A stretch of DNA of 47,570 nucleotides from Pirellulales bacterium (GCA_030751095.1 JASMGX010000005.1:1-47570); one strand, 5' to 3'; positions 1 through 10,476 are shown, counted from the first letter of the stretch. Made by a program: numbers and translations. The notes: a model not told the origin generated them from the sequence alone.

Positions 1-978
1 CCAGGTGCTTCCACCGAGAATGACAAGCCCGCACACCATGATCGCATAGGTCCCGATCAGGCCCCAGCGGTTGTTTCGGATCAGAAAAAGTAGGCCGAGC
101 GGCACGAGCACCCCTAAGGCGACGAGGGTCTCGGCTTTGGTGATGATCGTTTTGTGGGCATCGTACGGATAATCGAGGGCCGCAAACATCTCCACCTGAT
201 AATTATCCCGATAGTCCCGATACGCGGTAAGAAAGAAATAGGCAATCACCAGCAACAAAAGACCCCAGAAAAAACTGCGGACAAACGCCGCACGATCACT
301 CGCACGCATCGGCTCGCGATGGGTCCGGGCCAACTCGTCTCTCTCGGTCGGTCTCGGCAGTTGATTGAGCAACCAGACCGAAATGAAAAATGGGATCAGA
401 AACAGCCCGCCCGTCACAGCAGGCATCCAGCCTTCGGTGACGCCCCAGTCGCCCATCAGATGGCGACCGACATCCTTGACCACCCCGCTGGCAACAATGA
501 ACGAACAGCTCAGCCCCGCGAGAAGGACCTCCGAGACTGTCCGGCCCTCCAAATACCAAACCACGAGTCCCCAGACCATTCCGAGCGGAAGGCCCCCGAG
601 GAAGATGCCGACAAACTTCCACTGATCGGGCAACACTCCGTAGAGGATGAGTGCCGCAAGTGCGAGAAGAATCATCGCAATGAGCATCGTCGCTCGGCGC
701 GCACGCGTCACCTCGGAGCAGACCTTGATGCCGATATATTTGCTCAGTGCGTAGCCGAGAATCTGGCTGATGACGAGCGCGGTTTTCAAATCCACCGCAG
801 AGGACCAGAATTTGATCGCATTGCCATCGGCATCGAGAAACGATGCGGCCGCAAACGGCTTGCGGAAGGCATACATACAGAAATAGGTGCTAAAGGACGC
901 GGCGATGGCAAACGCCGTAAAGACCGGTAGCGGCGCATGGTGCAAAAAAGATGTTATCCGACCCGTTTTCGCCGACAT
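1..978 (-). CDS. DUF5690 family integral membrane protein (MFS-like transporter), 3' end truncated by window edge
   Basis: Absent from the ORF track; translated manually from ATG 978 (RBS GAGGA): MSAKTGRITSFLHHAPLPVFTAFAIAASFSTYFCMYAFRKPFAAA...LKTALVISQILGYALSKYIGIKVCSE...GLPLGMVWGLVVWYLEGR. These match DUF5690 motifs as I recall them. Confidence 0.85.
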   Translation of the reverse strand, partial: MSAKTGRITSFLHHAPLPVFTAFAIAASFSTYFCMYAFRKPFAAASFLDADGNAIKFWSSAVDLKTALVISQILGYALSKYIGIKVCSEVTRARRATMLIAMILLALAALILYGVLPDQWKFVGIFLGGLPLGMVWGLVVWYLEGRTVSEVLLAGLSCSFIVASGVVKDVGRHLMGDWGVTEGWMPAVTGGLFLIPFFISVWLLNQLPRPTERDELARTHREPMRASDRAAFVRSFFWGLLLLVIAYFFLTAYRDYRDNYQVEMFAALDYPYDAHKTIITKAETLVALGVLVPLGLLFLIRNNRWGLIGTYAIMVCGLVILGGSTW

Positions 979-995
979 CGCGTTCCTCACGCCAA

Positions 996-1029
996 ATGTG
1001 ATCGTTATCGGGATGTGATATTTATCGGG
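996..1029. repeat. Imperfect 17-bp tandem direct repeat, candidate operator of the DUF5690 gene
   Basis: ATGTGATCGTTATCGGG (996-1012) and ATGTGATATTTATCGGG (1013-1029), 15/17 identical, directly upstream of the RBS. Confidence 0.6.
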
Positions 1030-1123
1030 AAAGGAACAATTCCTGTCGCCCAACGATCACTAAGGGCCTGCAGCGTAACATTCCACCACCGCAGCCTCAA
1101 TCGGCATCGCCAAATCGCACGCG

Positions 1124-3313
1124 CTATCTCATTCGAATCTCGCGAATCTGACTGCGCAGCTTCTCAAGCGGATCGGGCACCTTCTGTTCCGCGGCGGCAG
1201 GTGCGGTGGGGCTCTCCGCCTTTTCGTCGCCACCGTTGCTGCCGCCATCGGCCGCACCTTCGCCGGATCGCTTCCGCTCTTGCGCTGCTTTTTCCAACAG
1301 CGCCCGTCGCTGCATAAGCACCTCGATCGTTGCCGCAAAGGAGGCATCGTCCAAGAGCGCGGCGGTTTGTGCGATGGAATGATTTCTCGCTTCGATCGAC
1401 GCCAGGAGTCGCTGTTTGGCGGCAGCCTCGGAGTGTTGGGCATCGGCGGACTCACTGCGGGCAATCATGGTCATCACTTCTTCGCGTGCAATTGGGCCGG
1501 CAGTTTGTTGATGCTCTCCGGAGAGTGTCTTGATTTTGTTTCGAAACAGCTTGATGGCGATGATTGTTGCCGATCGTTGCTTCCGAAGTGCCGAAAGCGT
1601 GCTACGGGCCGTCTCTTTATTCTCCGGTCGTTGCTTCGGGAGTGCTTTCGTCTGCTCCGTTATGTTGGCCTCAAGCTCTGCAAGGTGATTGACGTGTTGG
1701 TGGACCTCCCGGCGGATTGCGAGGAGTTTCTGGTCGATCTTTTGCCTCGTTGCGTGGGCCTTGGTGAGCTGCAACTGCATTTCAGACAGCTCGAGCCCGG
1801 ATTGTTCGGCCACCTTTTTAGCCGATTTATATTTCGCGTTATTCACGATGAGCGCACCGAGTGCTTTTTCTGCATCGTGGCGAGCTTGTTTGAGTGATTG
1901 CGCCAATGGCGGCGGATTGTTGTCGAGTCGAGCGATTTGCTTGCCGTCTGTCGCGTCGAATACAACCACCTCGCCTTCATATCCGCTCGCAATCACCCGG
2001 CCGGCGAGAGCACAGAATCGCGATGCTGTAACGAGGTCGGCAAGCGGTCCAAACGACCGTTCGAGCGCACCCTCTGAGCGCAGCAGTCGCGTGTTGCCGT
2101 CGCGGCGGGAGATGAGCCAGCGCGCATCGGGCACCGCACTGACAGAAGTAATGTCCGCAGCGCCAGGTTCAAACTCTTTGACCTTCTTTCCCTTTTCCAC
2201 CTCCCAGAGTCGAACGATCCGGTCCGCACCTCCCGAAGCAAGAATGTTTGAGTCGGCCCGCCACGCCAGATCGGCCAGAGCATCGGAGGAGCCGGGAAGT
2301 ATGAGATACGGTTTTCCCGTCCAGCCTTCGTGGATATGTAGCCCACCGGAATGATCGGCCGAGGCCAACAGAACTCCATCCGGGCTAAATGCGATTGCGG
2401 TAATCCTATCGGTATGCGCATCGATCTTGGCGACCAACTTCTTAGCGGGCACGTCGTAGAGCTTGACCTTGCCCGAAGCTCCCCCGAGGGCGACGCGCCG
2501 GTTGTCGCCGCTAATATCTGCGGCGAGGACGGTATCGAATTCATCGCCCAACTCGAGCACCCGCTCTGCGGCGGAAATGCGCCAAAGTACGACCTTTCCG
2601 TTTCGCCCCGCCTCACCTCCGGCAGCCAGCAAAAGGGAGCCATCCCGGCTAAAGCGGAGCACGGCAATCTCGCCCTCAGGAAATGCAAAGCGCCCGAGCG
2701 GCTCGAGGGTATCTGTGCGGTAGAGCCAGATCTGCCGGTTACCGGGAACGGCCAAAAGCGGCGCGTTGGGGCTCACGGCAAGCGACCTGGATGTTGGATT
2801 ACGCTCCGTATGCAAACGCGTCTGCCGACTCAGTCGCGGGGGCAGAGGTCCGGCGCCAGGCTCGAATTTTTTGGGAATCCACTGCTTCAGATTTTCCGCC
2901 GCGAGAGCAACCTCTTGCTCTACCTTCCCCTCGGCAGCCCCTGTTTCAATCCATCGGCCAATACGCTCGATAGACTCTTTGGCGATGGGGGGCGACTCCG
3001 GGGGCATCGAAGGCTCTATCGTATGCGCGACGGAGGAATAAAGAGGGCTGTTACTCAGATTGCCGGGATCGATCACCGCGCCCGAGGCACCTCCCTCCAT
3101 CATGGTCGCATATCGCGTAAGGTCGAGTTCGCCCTGAGGATCATCTTCATTGTGGCATGAAAAACACTCCTCGCGAAAAATGGGAACAATATCCCGGTGG
3201 TAGGTGAGCTGCGGCTCGCTTGGCGCATCGGCAGAGATTGGCGGGACCGAAATGAGAAATGGCCAGACCAGAAGACAGAGCCATCCATACGTTTGTGAGC
3301 TGCGTTGGATCAT
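1124..3313 (-). CDS. Planctomycete cytochrome c (PSCyt1) + WD40 beta-propeller + C-terminal coiled-coil protein
   Basis: Signal peptide, YHRDIVPIFREECFSCH heme motif, MPP...IGRWIETGA, multiple WD repeats (AHTDRITAIAFSPDG...), then a long heptad-rich region. Start moved to ATG 3313 to avoid overlapping the upstream gene. Confidence 0.88.
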   Translation of the reverse strand: MIQRSSQTYGWLCLLVWPFLISVPPISADAPSEPQLTYHRDIVPIFREECFSCHNEDDPQGELDLTRYATMMEGGASGAVIDPGNLSNSPLYSSVAHTIEPSMPPESPPIAKESIERIGRWIETGAAEGKVEQEVALAAENLKQWIPKKFEPGAGPLPPRLSRQTRLHTERNPTSRSLAVSPNAPLLAVPGNRQIWLYRTDTLEPLGRFAFPEGEIAVLRFSRDGSLLLAAGGEAGRNGKVVLWRISAAERVLELGDEFDTVLAADISGDNRRVALGGASGKVKLYDVPAKKLVAKIDAHTDRITAIAFSPDGVLLASADHSGGLHIHEGWTGKPYLILPGSSDALADLAWRADSNILASGGADRIVRLWEVEKGKKVKEFEPGAADITSVSAVPDARWLISRRDGNTRLLRSEGALERSFGPLADLVTASRFCALAGRVIASGYEGEVVVFDATDGKQIARLDNNPPPLAQSLKQARHDAEKALGALIVNNAKYKSAKKVAEQSGLELSEMQLQLTKAHATRQKIDQKLLAIRREVHQHVNHLAELEANITEQTKALPKQRPENKETARSTLSALRKQRSATIIAIKLFRNKIKTLSGEHQQTAGPIAREEVMTMIARSESADAQHSEAAAKQRLLASIEARNHSIAQTAALLDDASFAATIEVLMQRRALLEKAAQERKRSGEGAADGGSNGGDEKAESPTAPAAAEQKVPDPLEKLRSQIREIRMR

Positions 3314-3347
3314 AGAGTCGCGGGAGGGGTGGAGTCGACTGGCCTGA

Positions 3348-5783
3348 TTAATGGATAAACAAAAATTCCTTGCTATTGAGCAGCGACCAGAACACGTCGC
3401 TAAGCCCTTCCTGTGGGTTTTCATACTCGGACACCATCTTGAGCAGCGACTCCTTCTCTCCTGCACCTGGCGTGCGCGAAAGACAACGGATGTAGAGTTC
3501 GTCGATCACATCAGCGATCGATTTCTTCTCTTCGAGACGGCGGGCGATCAGGCCCCCTGCGGCGATCTTGGTATGCACCGTGTCGCCGTTGAGCAAATGG
3601 AGCGCCTGAGAAAGATTTGGCTCCATCTTGACTTCACATGTACAGACGGTCTTCCGCGGACTCCGTCCGAACGTAGAGAGAAACGGCGTGGCGACCGAAC
3701 CGTCGGGAATCTGAACCGCCCGGGTTCCGGGTAAAACGGTCTCGAATTTGTCGTCGGTTTCGGTCACCTGACTGATGGCATCGAGCAGGACTGCCGCCCG
3801 CATCCTGCGGAGCTTGGCCCGAGAAAAGTTGTCGAAATCGGCGCCACTCGATCGGCCCGATACCGTGGCGACCTGATAGGTCCTCGAATTACAGATATCC
3901 CGAACCAACGGCCGCACCTGAAATTGGTACTCTTTAAGTTTCGCCTCGAGGGCAGTCAACAGTTCCGGATTCACTGGCGGATTGCTCACCCGCGCATCAT
4001 CCGGGTCATCCACAATACCGCGATGGAAAAAGTGGTCCCAGATCAGATTGGCCATATGGCGCGCAAAAAACGGATTTTCTGGCGAGGTGACCCAGTCGGC
4101 GAGCACTTCACGCCGGTCGCGGTCGTGTACCTCCGGTTGGTCACCGCCGAGAAATTTTGGCTCCATGATGCGATCGTCGAGAGGATGTCGCATTTCTCCT
4201 TTACCGGCATTGAAAATAATTGTCTCGCGAGGATCTTCACCCGCTTTGCGACCTAGCTGCGCAAAGAAGGCGGCAAAATTGTAGTAATCGTCCTGCGTCC
4301 ATCGGTCGAACGGATGGTTGTGGCAGGCACAGCACTGAAGTCGCATGCCCAGAAAGACCTGAGCCATGTTTTCGCTAATTTTCTTGACCTCTTTTTCCGT
4401 TTCGTAATAGTTGCACGGCGCGTTTGCAAATGTCCCGCCGCCCGCCGCAATCAATTGGTGGACCATCTCATCGAGAGGCACGCGGTTGGCAATCTGGGTA
4501 TGGAGCCAGGTGAAGTAGCTATTGATCGCCTTTTTGCTCAAACCGGGCCCGGTGCGAACCTGCAAAAGGTCCGCCCAGCGCATTGTCCAAATGTCCGAAA
4601 ACGCATCGCTGGCAATCAGCGCGTCGATCCGTTCGGATCGCTTCTCGGGGTTGGTGCTCTCCACAAAAGCGCGGTACTCCTCGACCGTTGGCAGTCGCCC
4701 ACACAAATCGAGCGTCACCCTGCGAAGGAAGGCTTCATCATCGCAAATCGCCGCGGGGGTAATGCGAAGGCGCATCAGCTTGTCGAACACCGCACTGTCA
4801 ATGTAGTTGTGTGCCGCTGGGGGATCCCAGGTGAACTCTTCATCATCGGCCAGCACCACAATCGGCAATCCCACCGTATGCGTGTCGAATCGCGCAGTGA
4901 TAAAGCTCTCACCGGTCTTCTGGGCGACGATCATTTCCCCCGCCTCCACACCCGCTGATTCTTTGTTCGTAGTTTCAAAGGTACAGAGCGAAGTCACGTC
5001 GCGATCGGTCCCGTCGCTATAGTACGCGCGGATGCAAAGAGGCTGTTTTGCGCCCGGCCCTTCGAGCACCACCCGCTCCGGATAGATCTGAATCGAGTCG
5101 ACTTTCGGCACCGATGTAGTGTCGTACTGGGCACCGGCAGCAACCCATCGGAGCAGCGCCTGATATTCGTCGCTGTCATGTTCAATCTTCACGCCACCGG
5201 TATGGGGGACTTCTCCAGTCGCCTTGGTCAGCAGCAAGCTCTCATCGGGAATCGAACGCTTCACGCGGCGACCAATCCATTGGCGGGTAAGTGTCTTGTA
5301 GTCTGTCGCGGGATCGGAACCGAAGAGGGAGAGGCCAAAACCATCCTGACCGCCCGCCGATCCATGACATCCGGCCTTATTGCAGCCCCCCTTGGTGAGC
5401 ACCGGCATGACATCGAGGCGAAAACTGACGGGCCGTGAAAGCGCCGCATCGCGGACGCGGATCGGGACAGATAATCGCTCGCCGTCAATCGTAACGGTCA
5501 GCTCCGTGCTTCCATCACCAACCGGCAGGACGACATTCCCCTCGCATCGGACGATACCCTGATCGGCGGATTCAAAAACCGCCTTTGCAGTCACATCTCG
5601 CGTGATACCATTGTCAAACGCTTGTTGCACGATCACCCGCTGCCGATCCTGGGCGCTCGAGAGATCGATTTTCTGAGGAAAAACACGTACCTCGCCAGCA
5701 TCCGCTACCGCGGGGAGCAACATTCCCGCCGCAAACAATTGCAAAACCAGCATGGGCACCTTCAGGTGCTGCGAAACGATCAT
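3348..5783 (-). CDS. DUF1549/DUF1553 (PSCyt2/PSD1) protein with Ig-like (Big_2-type) domains
   Basis: VSFRLDVMPVLTKGGCNKAGCHG, DDEAFLRRVTLDLCGRLPT, QCCACHNHPFDRWTQDDYY, NPFFARHMAN, C-terminal WSLLNSKEFLFIH. Confidence 0.93.
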   Translation of the reverse strand: MIVSQHLKVPMLVLQLFAAGMLLPAVADAGEVRVFPQKIDLSSAQDRQRVIVQQAFDNGITRDVTAKAVFESADQGIVRCEGNVVLPVGDGSTELTVTIDGERLSVPIRVRDAALSRPVSFRLDVMPVLTKGGCNKAGCHGSAGGQDGFGLSLFGSDPATDYKTLTRQWIGRRVKRSIPDESLLLTKATGEVPHTGGVKIEHDSDEYQALLRWVAAGAQYDTTSVPKVDSIQIYPERVVLEGPGAKQPLCIRAYYSDGTDRDVTSLCTFETTNKESAGVEAGEMIVAQKTGESFITARFDTHTVGLPIVVLADDEEFTWDPPAAHNYIDSAVFDKLMRLRITPAAICDDEAFLRRVTLDLCGRLPTVEEYRAFVESTNPEKRSERIDALIASDAFSDIWTMRWADLLQVRTGPGLSKKAINSYFTWLHTQIANRVPLDEMVHQLIAAGGGTFANAPCNYYETEKEVKKISENMAQVFLGMRLQCCACHNHPFDRWTQDDYYNFAAFFAQLGRKAGEDPRETIIFNAGKGEMRHPLDDRIMEPKFLGGDQPEVHDRDRREVLADWVTSPENPFFARHMANLIWDHFFHRGIVDDPDDARVSNPPVNPELLTALEAKLKEYQFQVRPLVRDICNSRTYQVATVSGRSSGADFDNFSRAKLRRMRAAVLLDAISQVTETDDKFETVLPGTRAVQIPDGSVATPFLSTFGRSPRKTVCTCEVKMEPNLSQALHLLNGDTVHTKIAAGGLIARRLEEKKSIADVIDELYIRCLSRTPGAGEKESLLKMVSEYENPQEGLSDVFWSLLNSKEFLFIH

Positions 5784-8260
5784 TCATCGCCTCCTTCACC
5801 CGCCGCCGATGCCTGCGCAGTTTGCCGCTCGCCCGCTTCTTTTCGCAATTGTTCGAGCCGCGATGCTGCATCAGCCGGTGCTGCAGTGGCTTCGACTTTT
5901 TTTGCGACGGTGGGCCCCTCGGAGGCCTCGACGACGAGCAACCCCTTGCCTGCCGTAGCGACCACAGCCCCGCCCGGCGATGGCACTTCGACCTCGCAGG
6001 CAAGCGCCGGATATTCGCCGATCGGCGTATCGCTCCGCGTCTTAATCAGAAAGGATAGTTTTTCGGTATCGGCGTCGAACGGGACCTCTTGAGCCGATGT
6101 GCCATCCGGCAATCCGATGAGTCGAGCGGTCGCGCGGCCTGCAAATGGCGCCACCCCTTTGAGTTGGCAGTTAAGTGGAATGTCCTGGCCCGGTTCTCCC
6201 GCCGCGGCGGAAAGGTCTGCCTTGACAAATTGTTTGTCCACCCGGAGTGGCACGAGCGGCGTCGATGCCCAGAAGAGGTCATTTTTTTCTCCGGCAGAGC
6301 CCAGGACGTAAAGTTTCCAGTCTCGTGGAGTGATCTGCGGGTGGGCAGTAAGCGTGAAGACCGCCTCATCGGCATCCGGCAGCACCTTCTGGTTGGCGCT
6401 GGTGTACACTCCGGGCGGGAGGAAGGGCATCACGAGCATCACCTCACGGTCAAATCCTTTCTCTCGAATGACGCGAACGGTCAGGTCGATCTTCCCGTCG
6501 CGAACCAGGGGAGTCGTGGGCGGATCGAGTTCGAGGCGAAACGGAATCTTCTCAGTCACTGCGATCGCAAAACGATGGGCAATTTTCGTCTTTAGCCGCG
6601 CCAGGCCGGGCTTACCGCGAAGTAAATCTGCAACGGTGTAATAGTCACCGGAGATATTTTTTGTCGGGTCCGCGTGAGCACCCCGCATCGAGAGCAGTTT
6701 GCCCGAAAGCGGTGCATCTTCGCTCGCATGAAACACCACAGGAAATGCATCGGTTCCGGCAGGAATTGTCATCGTCTCCATCGTCACCCCGTCGGGCAAT
6801 TCAGGGATCTCTAGCGACATTGGGCCACTAAAATCTTTAGTGCGAGTCCGGACCAGACAGGCAAAGTGATTATCTTTTGCCACAAACACCTGCTGGCGGT
6901 ACTGCCCCCACAAATCATTGGGGTCCTGCACGCGAGGCAGACGGACAAGCATCCACGGTTGTACGGCGCTTAACTCGACGCGGTAAACAAATGCCGGACC
7001 ACCACGCGCGAGGCGATCATAGATCTTGAGAGTATACTCGCCATCGGCGGGTACCTTGAACCGAAAATAACTGTCTGGAGCGCGCTCCTCGGCATCCTGA
7101 TTTTCGGTCACCTTCGCGCCATCGTCGTTTGAGAGGATCATTTTGCCGCTCGGGTCATACAGTTCCATCACCGCATCGAGCGCCGAACGCACCCGCCTCG
7201 CATACACCTCCACGTCGTAGTGATCGCCCGCCTTCGCCTCAAAGCGATAGCAGTCCCGATCACCCGGCCGCTGAATGATTCCACAAAACGCATCCTGAAG
7301 GGCGACGGACGTAGCGTCAGCGGAGCGATCATTCGGCTCTGACTCGAAGGCATTCTCGTGCTCCGAGAGCCGGAACGGAATCGGCGTCGGCGCCGCGCCG
7401 CGGTCGGTCTCACCGGAAAGAGCAAACGTACGATCGAATGTATCTGGCAGGGAGACTGTCTGCGAGTACGTCCCGGCAGGGTCCCCTAAAAACGTCACGC
7501 TGAGCGATTGGCCCATCTTGCCGCCAGGCGGAAAAATGGCGATCGGTCTCGGAAAGTTCCCGATATGCAGGCGATAATAACTCATGTCATTGCCGCCGCG
7601 ATCGACTTCCCGTATCGAGATGTAATAACGACCGTCGCGCGGTACGGTCACACTCATTATCCCGTCCTGGAGGGAGAACGGGTGTCCCGTGGAACTGGCG
7701 ATCTCATTGCCCTCGCTATCGAGTATCGCCAGATAGGGGTCGAACATCGTATTGCCGAGCCGCATGGCCACCACTTCGACCACAAGTTGCTCCCCCTCCT
7801 TAGCATCGAGAGCGAACAGATCCTCATCATCGGCGGTGACCCGTCCGGATGCCGTTACGCCCGACGCAATCAGCTGCGCGGTAGCAACGGTGTTGTTCGG
7901 TTCGATTTCCTCGAGGTGGGGAAGTGGTTCGACATAAAATGCCCGAAATTCCGTAACGCCGCTTTTAGTCCGCAAGTGGGCAATATGCTCACCGAGGCGA
8001 GTCTCCTTGGCGACCCGCACGGTAGCGGTGACACTCGAGTCGGTTTCATCGAGCTGCAACACCTCAAACCCGCGATCGTAGAAAAGGATCTCTTCGGTAC
8101 CGGTGAGCCGCTCCCCTTCAAAGACGAGCTTGCCGACGTTTCCACGCTCGATGCCGCCCGGCAGAATGCGGTCAAGCCGCGGTGATGCCGCACGCGCAGT
8201 GCCAGCGAGTGCGCACACAAGCAGCAGACTGGCGAAAAACGAGATTTTTCGATGATGCAT
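5780..8260 (-). CDS. Secreted PPC (pre-peptidase C-terminal) domain repeat protein of the DUF1501 cluster
   Basis: Signal peptide, two E.EPN(N/D) motifs followed by PPC-like beta domains (D.D.Y.F.AKAG...), and no catalytic peptidase motif. ATGA overlap with the downstream gene. Confidence 0.85.
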   Translation of the reverse strand: MHHRKISFFASLLLVCALAGTARAASPRLDRILPGGIERGNVGKLVFEGERLTGTEEILFYDRGFEVLQLDETDSSVTATVRVAKETRLGEHIAHLRTKSGVTEFRAFYVEPLPHLEEIEPNNTVATAQLIASGVTASGRVTADDEDLFALDAKEGEQLVVEVVAMRLGNTMFDPYLAILDSEGNEIASSTGHPFSLQDGIMSVTVPRDGRYYISIREVDRGGNDMSYYRLHIGNFPRPIAIFPPGGKMGQSLSVTFLGDPAGTYSQTVSLPDTFDRTFALSGETDRGAAPTPIPFRLSEHENAFESEPNDRSADATSVALQDAFCGIIQRPGDRDCYRFEAKAGDHYDVEVYARRVRSALDAVMELYDPSGKMILSNDDGAKVTENQDAEERAPDSYFRFKVPADGEYTLKIYDRLARGGPAFVYRVELSAVQPWMLVRLPRVQDPNDLWGQYRQQVFVAKDNHFACLVRTRTKDFSGPMSLEIPELPDGVTMETMTIPAGTDAFPVVFHASEDAPLSGKLLSMRGAHADPTKNISGDYYTVADLLRGKPGLARLKTKIAHRFAIAVTEKIPFRLELDPPTTPLVRDGKIDLTVRVIREKGFDREVMLVMPFLPPGVYTSANQKVLPDADEAVFTLTAHPQITPRDWKLYVLGSAGEKNDLFWASTPLVPLRVDKQFVKADLSAAAGEPGQDIPLNCQLKGVAPFAGRATARLIGLPDGTSAQEVPFDADTEKLSFLIKTRSDTPIGEYPALACEVEVPSPGGAVVATAGKGLLVVEASEGPTVAKKVEATAAPADAASRLEQLRKEAGERQTAQASAAGEGGDE

Positions 8261-8265
8261 TCAAC

Positions 8266-8294
8266 TTCCCCCTGCAGAGGCCCTAGCGGGGGAA
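8266..8294 (-). other. Intergenic stem-loop between the DUF1501 and PPC genes
   Basis: TTCCCCC...GGGGGAA inverted repeat; possible mRNA-stabilising or partial-termination element. Confidence 0.35.
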
Positions 8295-8337
8295 AGCTTC
8301 TTTCCCTCGAAGCCGGCTTTGCCGAGCAGGCACAAAT

Positions 8338-9669
8338 TCAAACAAGCAATTCGTGCCTCACGCTTCCTTGGCGGACAATCGGTACAGGACGATCGGCCGG
8401 ACCCATCAATTTTTTTGAACTATCGATTCCGAGACAGTGGTACATGGTACTGGCAAAATCTTTCACGCCGAGCGGATCTCTTGCCGGCTCAGCGGCGATG
8501 GCATCCGACGCGCCGTAGACGAGGCCCCGCTGCACACCGCCACCCGCCATGGCGACACTAAACACCTTGCCCCAGTGATCGCGCCCTGCCAATGTATTGA
8601 TCAAAGGAGTCCGCCCGAATTCCGTCGACACCACAACGAGCGTCGAATCGAGAAGACCCCGCTGCTCGAGATCGTTAATGAGTGCCGCAAATGCGGAATC
8701 AAATTCGGGCACATGCTTACGTATCCCCGGTTCAATCTCGGCGTGGTGGTCCCACTCGCCATAGTTCACGGAAATAAAGCGGACGCCCGCTTCGACGAGT
8801 CGTCGCGCCATCAACAAGCGCGAACCAGCCTCGCCCCGACCATAGGCATCACGCGTTTTTGGCTTTTCCTTGTCTAAATCAAACGCCTCTCTCGCTTTTT
8901 CCGAATTGATCAGATCGTACGCGCGGTGATAAAACGAATCGACCGCATCGAGCGCGTCTGAATCCTGCGTGTTCTGAAAGTGCGCGTTGACCGTGTCGAG
9001 CAATTTGCGGCGCCGCACAAATCGTTCGCGGCTCACTCCCTCCGGGAGATTGAGGTTGCGCACCTTGAAGCCGGCAGCCTCCGGTTTTGACCCGAGACTA
9101 AAACCGTTGTAGGCGGCGCTTAAAAATCCTGGCCCGCATGCATCACTGATCTGCTCGGGAACATTGACGTACGGTGGCAGATTATTGCGGACCCCCAATT
9201 GCTCGGAGACCACGCTGCCGAAACTGGGGTATTTTAACAGCGGGCTCGGATTGTACCCGGTGAACATGATGTGTATGCCGCGATCGTGGTCGTTTTCGCT
9301 GTGGGTCATCGAGCGAACGACAGTAATCTTATCTGCAATGCCTGCAGTTTTTGGCATCAGTTCGTTGAAGCGAATGCCCGGCAATCGGGTTGGGATACTA
9401 CCGAACATGCCCCGATTCGCAACCGGCGCATATGGTTTCGGGTCCCACGATTCCTGCTGCGCGATGCCACCTTGCAAAAAAAGATAAATGATTGATTTTG
9501 CGCTCGCCGGAGCGGTGGCGAGGCCGGCAACCGAGCCGGCCGCTTCGATTCTTAAAAGATCGGCAAGTGACAGGCCGAGTCCGCCCGCAACACCGACGCG
9601 GAGGAAATTTCGGCGGGATAGGTTATCGCGTTGGCATTTCATCGTGCGAGCCTTGCTGAAGACGTCCAT
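8338..9669 (-). CDS. DUF1501 domain-containing protein (Tat-like N-terminus)
   Basis: LSRRNFLRVG, AKSIIYLFLQGG...WDPKP, LMARRLVEAGVRFI, WDHH, EFGRTP..N...GRDHW, AGGGVQRG..YGASD. RBS GAGGTG precedes ATG 9669 (alternative ATG 9642). Confidence 0.95.
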   Translation of the reverse strand: MDVFSKARTMKCQRDNLSRRNFLRVGVAGGLGLSLADLLRIEAAGSVAGLATAPASAKSIIYLFLQGGIAQQESWDPKPYAPVANRGMFGSIPTRLPGIRFNELMPKTAGIADKITVVRSMTHSENDHDRGIHIMFTGYNPSPLLKYPSFGSVVSEQLGVRNNLPPYVNVPEQISDACGPGFLSAAYNGFSLGSKPEAAGFKVRNLNLPEGVSRERFVRRRKLLDTVNAHFQNTQDSDALDAVDSFYHRAYDLINSEKAREAFDLDKEKPKTRDAYGRGEAGSRLLMARRLVEAGVRFISVNYGEWDHHAEIEPGIRKHVPEFDSAFAALINDLEQRGLLDSTLVVVSTEFGRTPLINTLAGRDHWGKVFSVAMAGGGVQRGLVYGASDAIAAEPARDPLGVKDFASTMYHCLGIDSSKKLMGPADRPVPIVRQGSVRHELLV

Positions 9670-9863
9670 GTTCTTCACCTCAAACACAGCACCGGTGTGG
9701 CCACCGCCAATTCCGACAATGTTGCTAGCAGCCAAATCCAGCGTACGATTTTTACCGGCAGGTCCTTGTGGTGGAGATAACACGGTGGGGATGCCGCGCA
9801 TCAAAATTACGACATCGGAATTTTACGGATACCCAATAGTGGCAGCCATTTACATCCGCCTTG

Positions 9864-9892
9864 AGGATATCTTAAACGGCCACCGTTGTCAA
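9864..9892 (-). promoter_or_regulatory. Sigma70-type promoter for the DUF1501 operon
   Basis: Minus strand TTGACA-N17-TATCCT; implies a leader of about 190 nt. Confidence 0.6.
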
Positions 9893-10476
9893 AGACAAAA
9901 CCTGCTCTGCCGGGGAAGCAGCAGGGTCGAAAACGATAAAAACTGCTTATTTTCTGCCTCCAACAGATATCTCCCCAAGGGAGGGAGAGCATGGCCGGCT
10001 ATCTCGAGTTTTTCTTTTTGGCCGATGCGAGATTGGTCGATGGCTCCCGCCGCAGCGGCGAGAGAACAAAGAGGGACACCAAGTTCCATGGCTCGTTCGA
10101 ATGTTGTCTCGATATAAAAAATGGAAACCGGCACTCAAGGAACAACCGACAACTCTCCATTCGGTTCTGCCGTTTTTAGACGCACGAGCCAAAATGTGTA
10201 ACGCAGAGAACCCGCATCGACCCTAAAGGCGCGATTTAGAGATGTGTGCATCCAGTTTGGCACCCGCTTCACACATTGTTCCGACAAGTGCAACATCGTC
10301 ATCACGTTACAGGGAAGTTCTTTCGAGTTTCGAACAGATATCATCCGCAATGAAATCAGACCTGAATGTCTCTTTCTGCAAACGCAATTATATTTCAGAA
10401 ATTTCCAAAAAAGAATGTGGCGCGTATCGAATGCCTATATAGTATCTTTTCCGGTTTATTTTAATGGAGGTACAGC

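Noticed and set aside
154-930. 258-aa plus-strand ORF
   Set aside because: Antisense shadow of the DUF5690 gene; no recognisable motifs.
1124-1900. SMC / chromosome partition protein
   Set aside because: Only a coiled-coil tail on an exported cytochrome/WD40 protein; no ATPase motifs.
9670-9804. N-terminal extension of DUF1501 given in the ORF track
   Set aside because: An RBS precedes ATG 9669 and the Tat motif should be near the N-terminus; this segment is probably 5' UTR.
9889-10442. Short ORFs in the DUF1501-pentapeptide intergenic region
   Set aside because: No RBS, motif or coding-like composition; treated as divergent promoter DNA.
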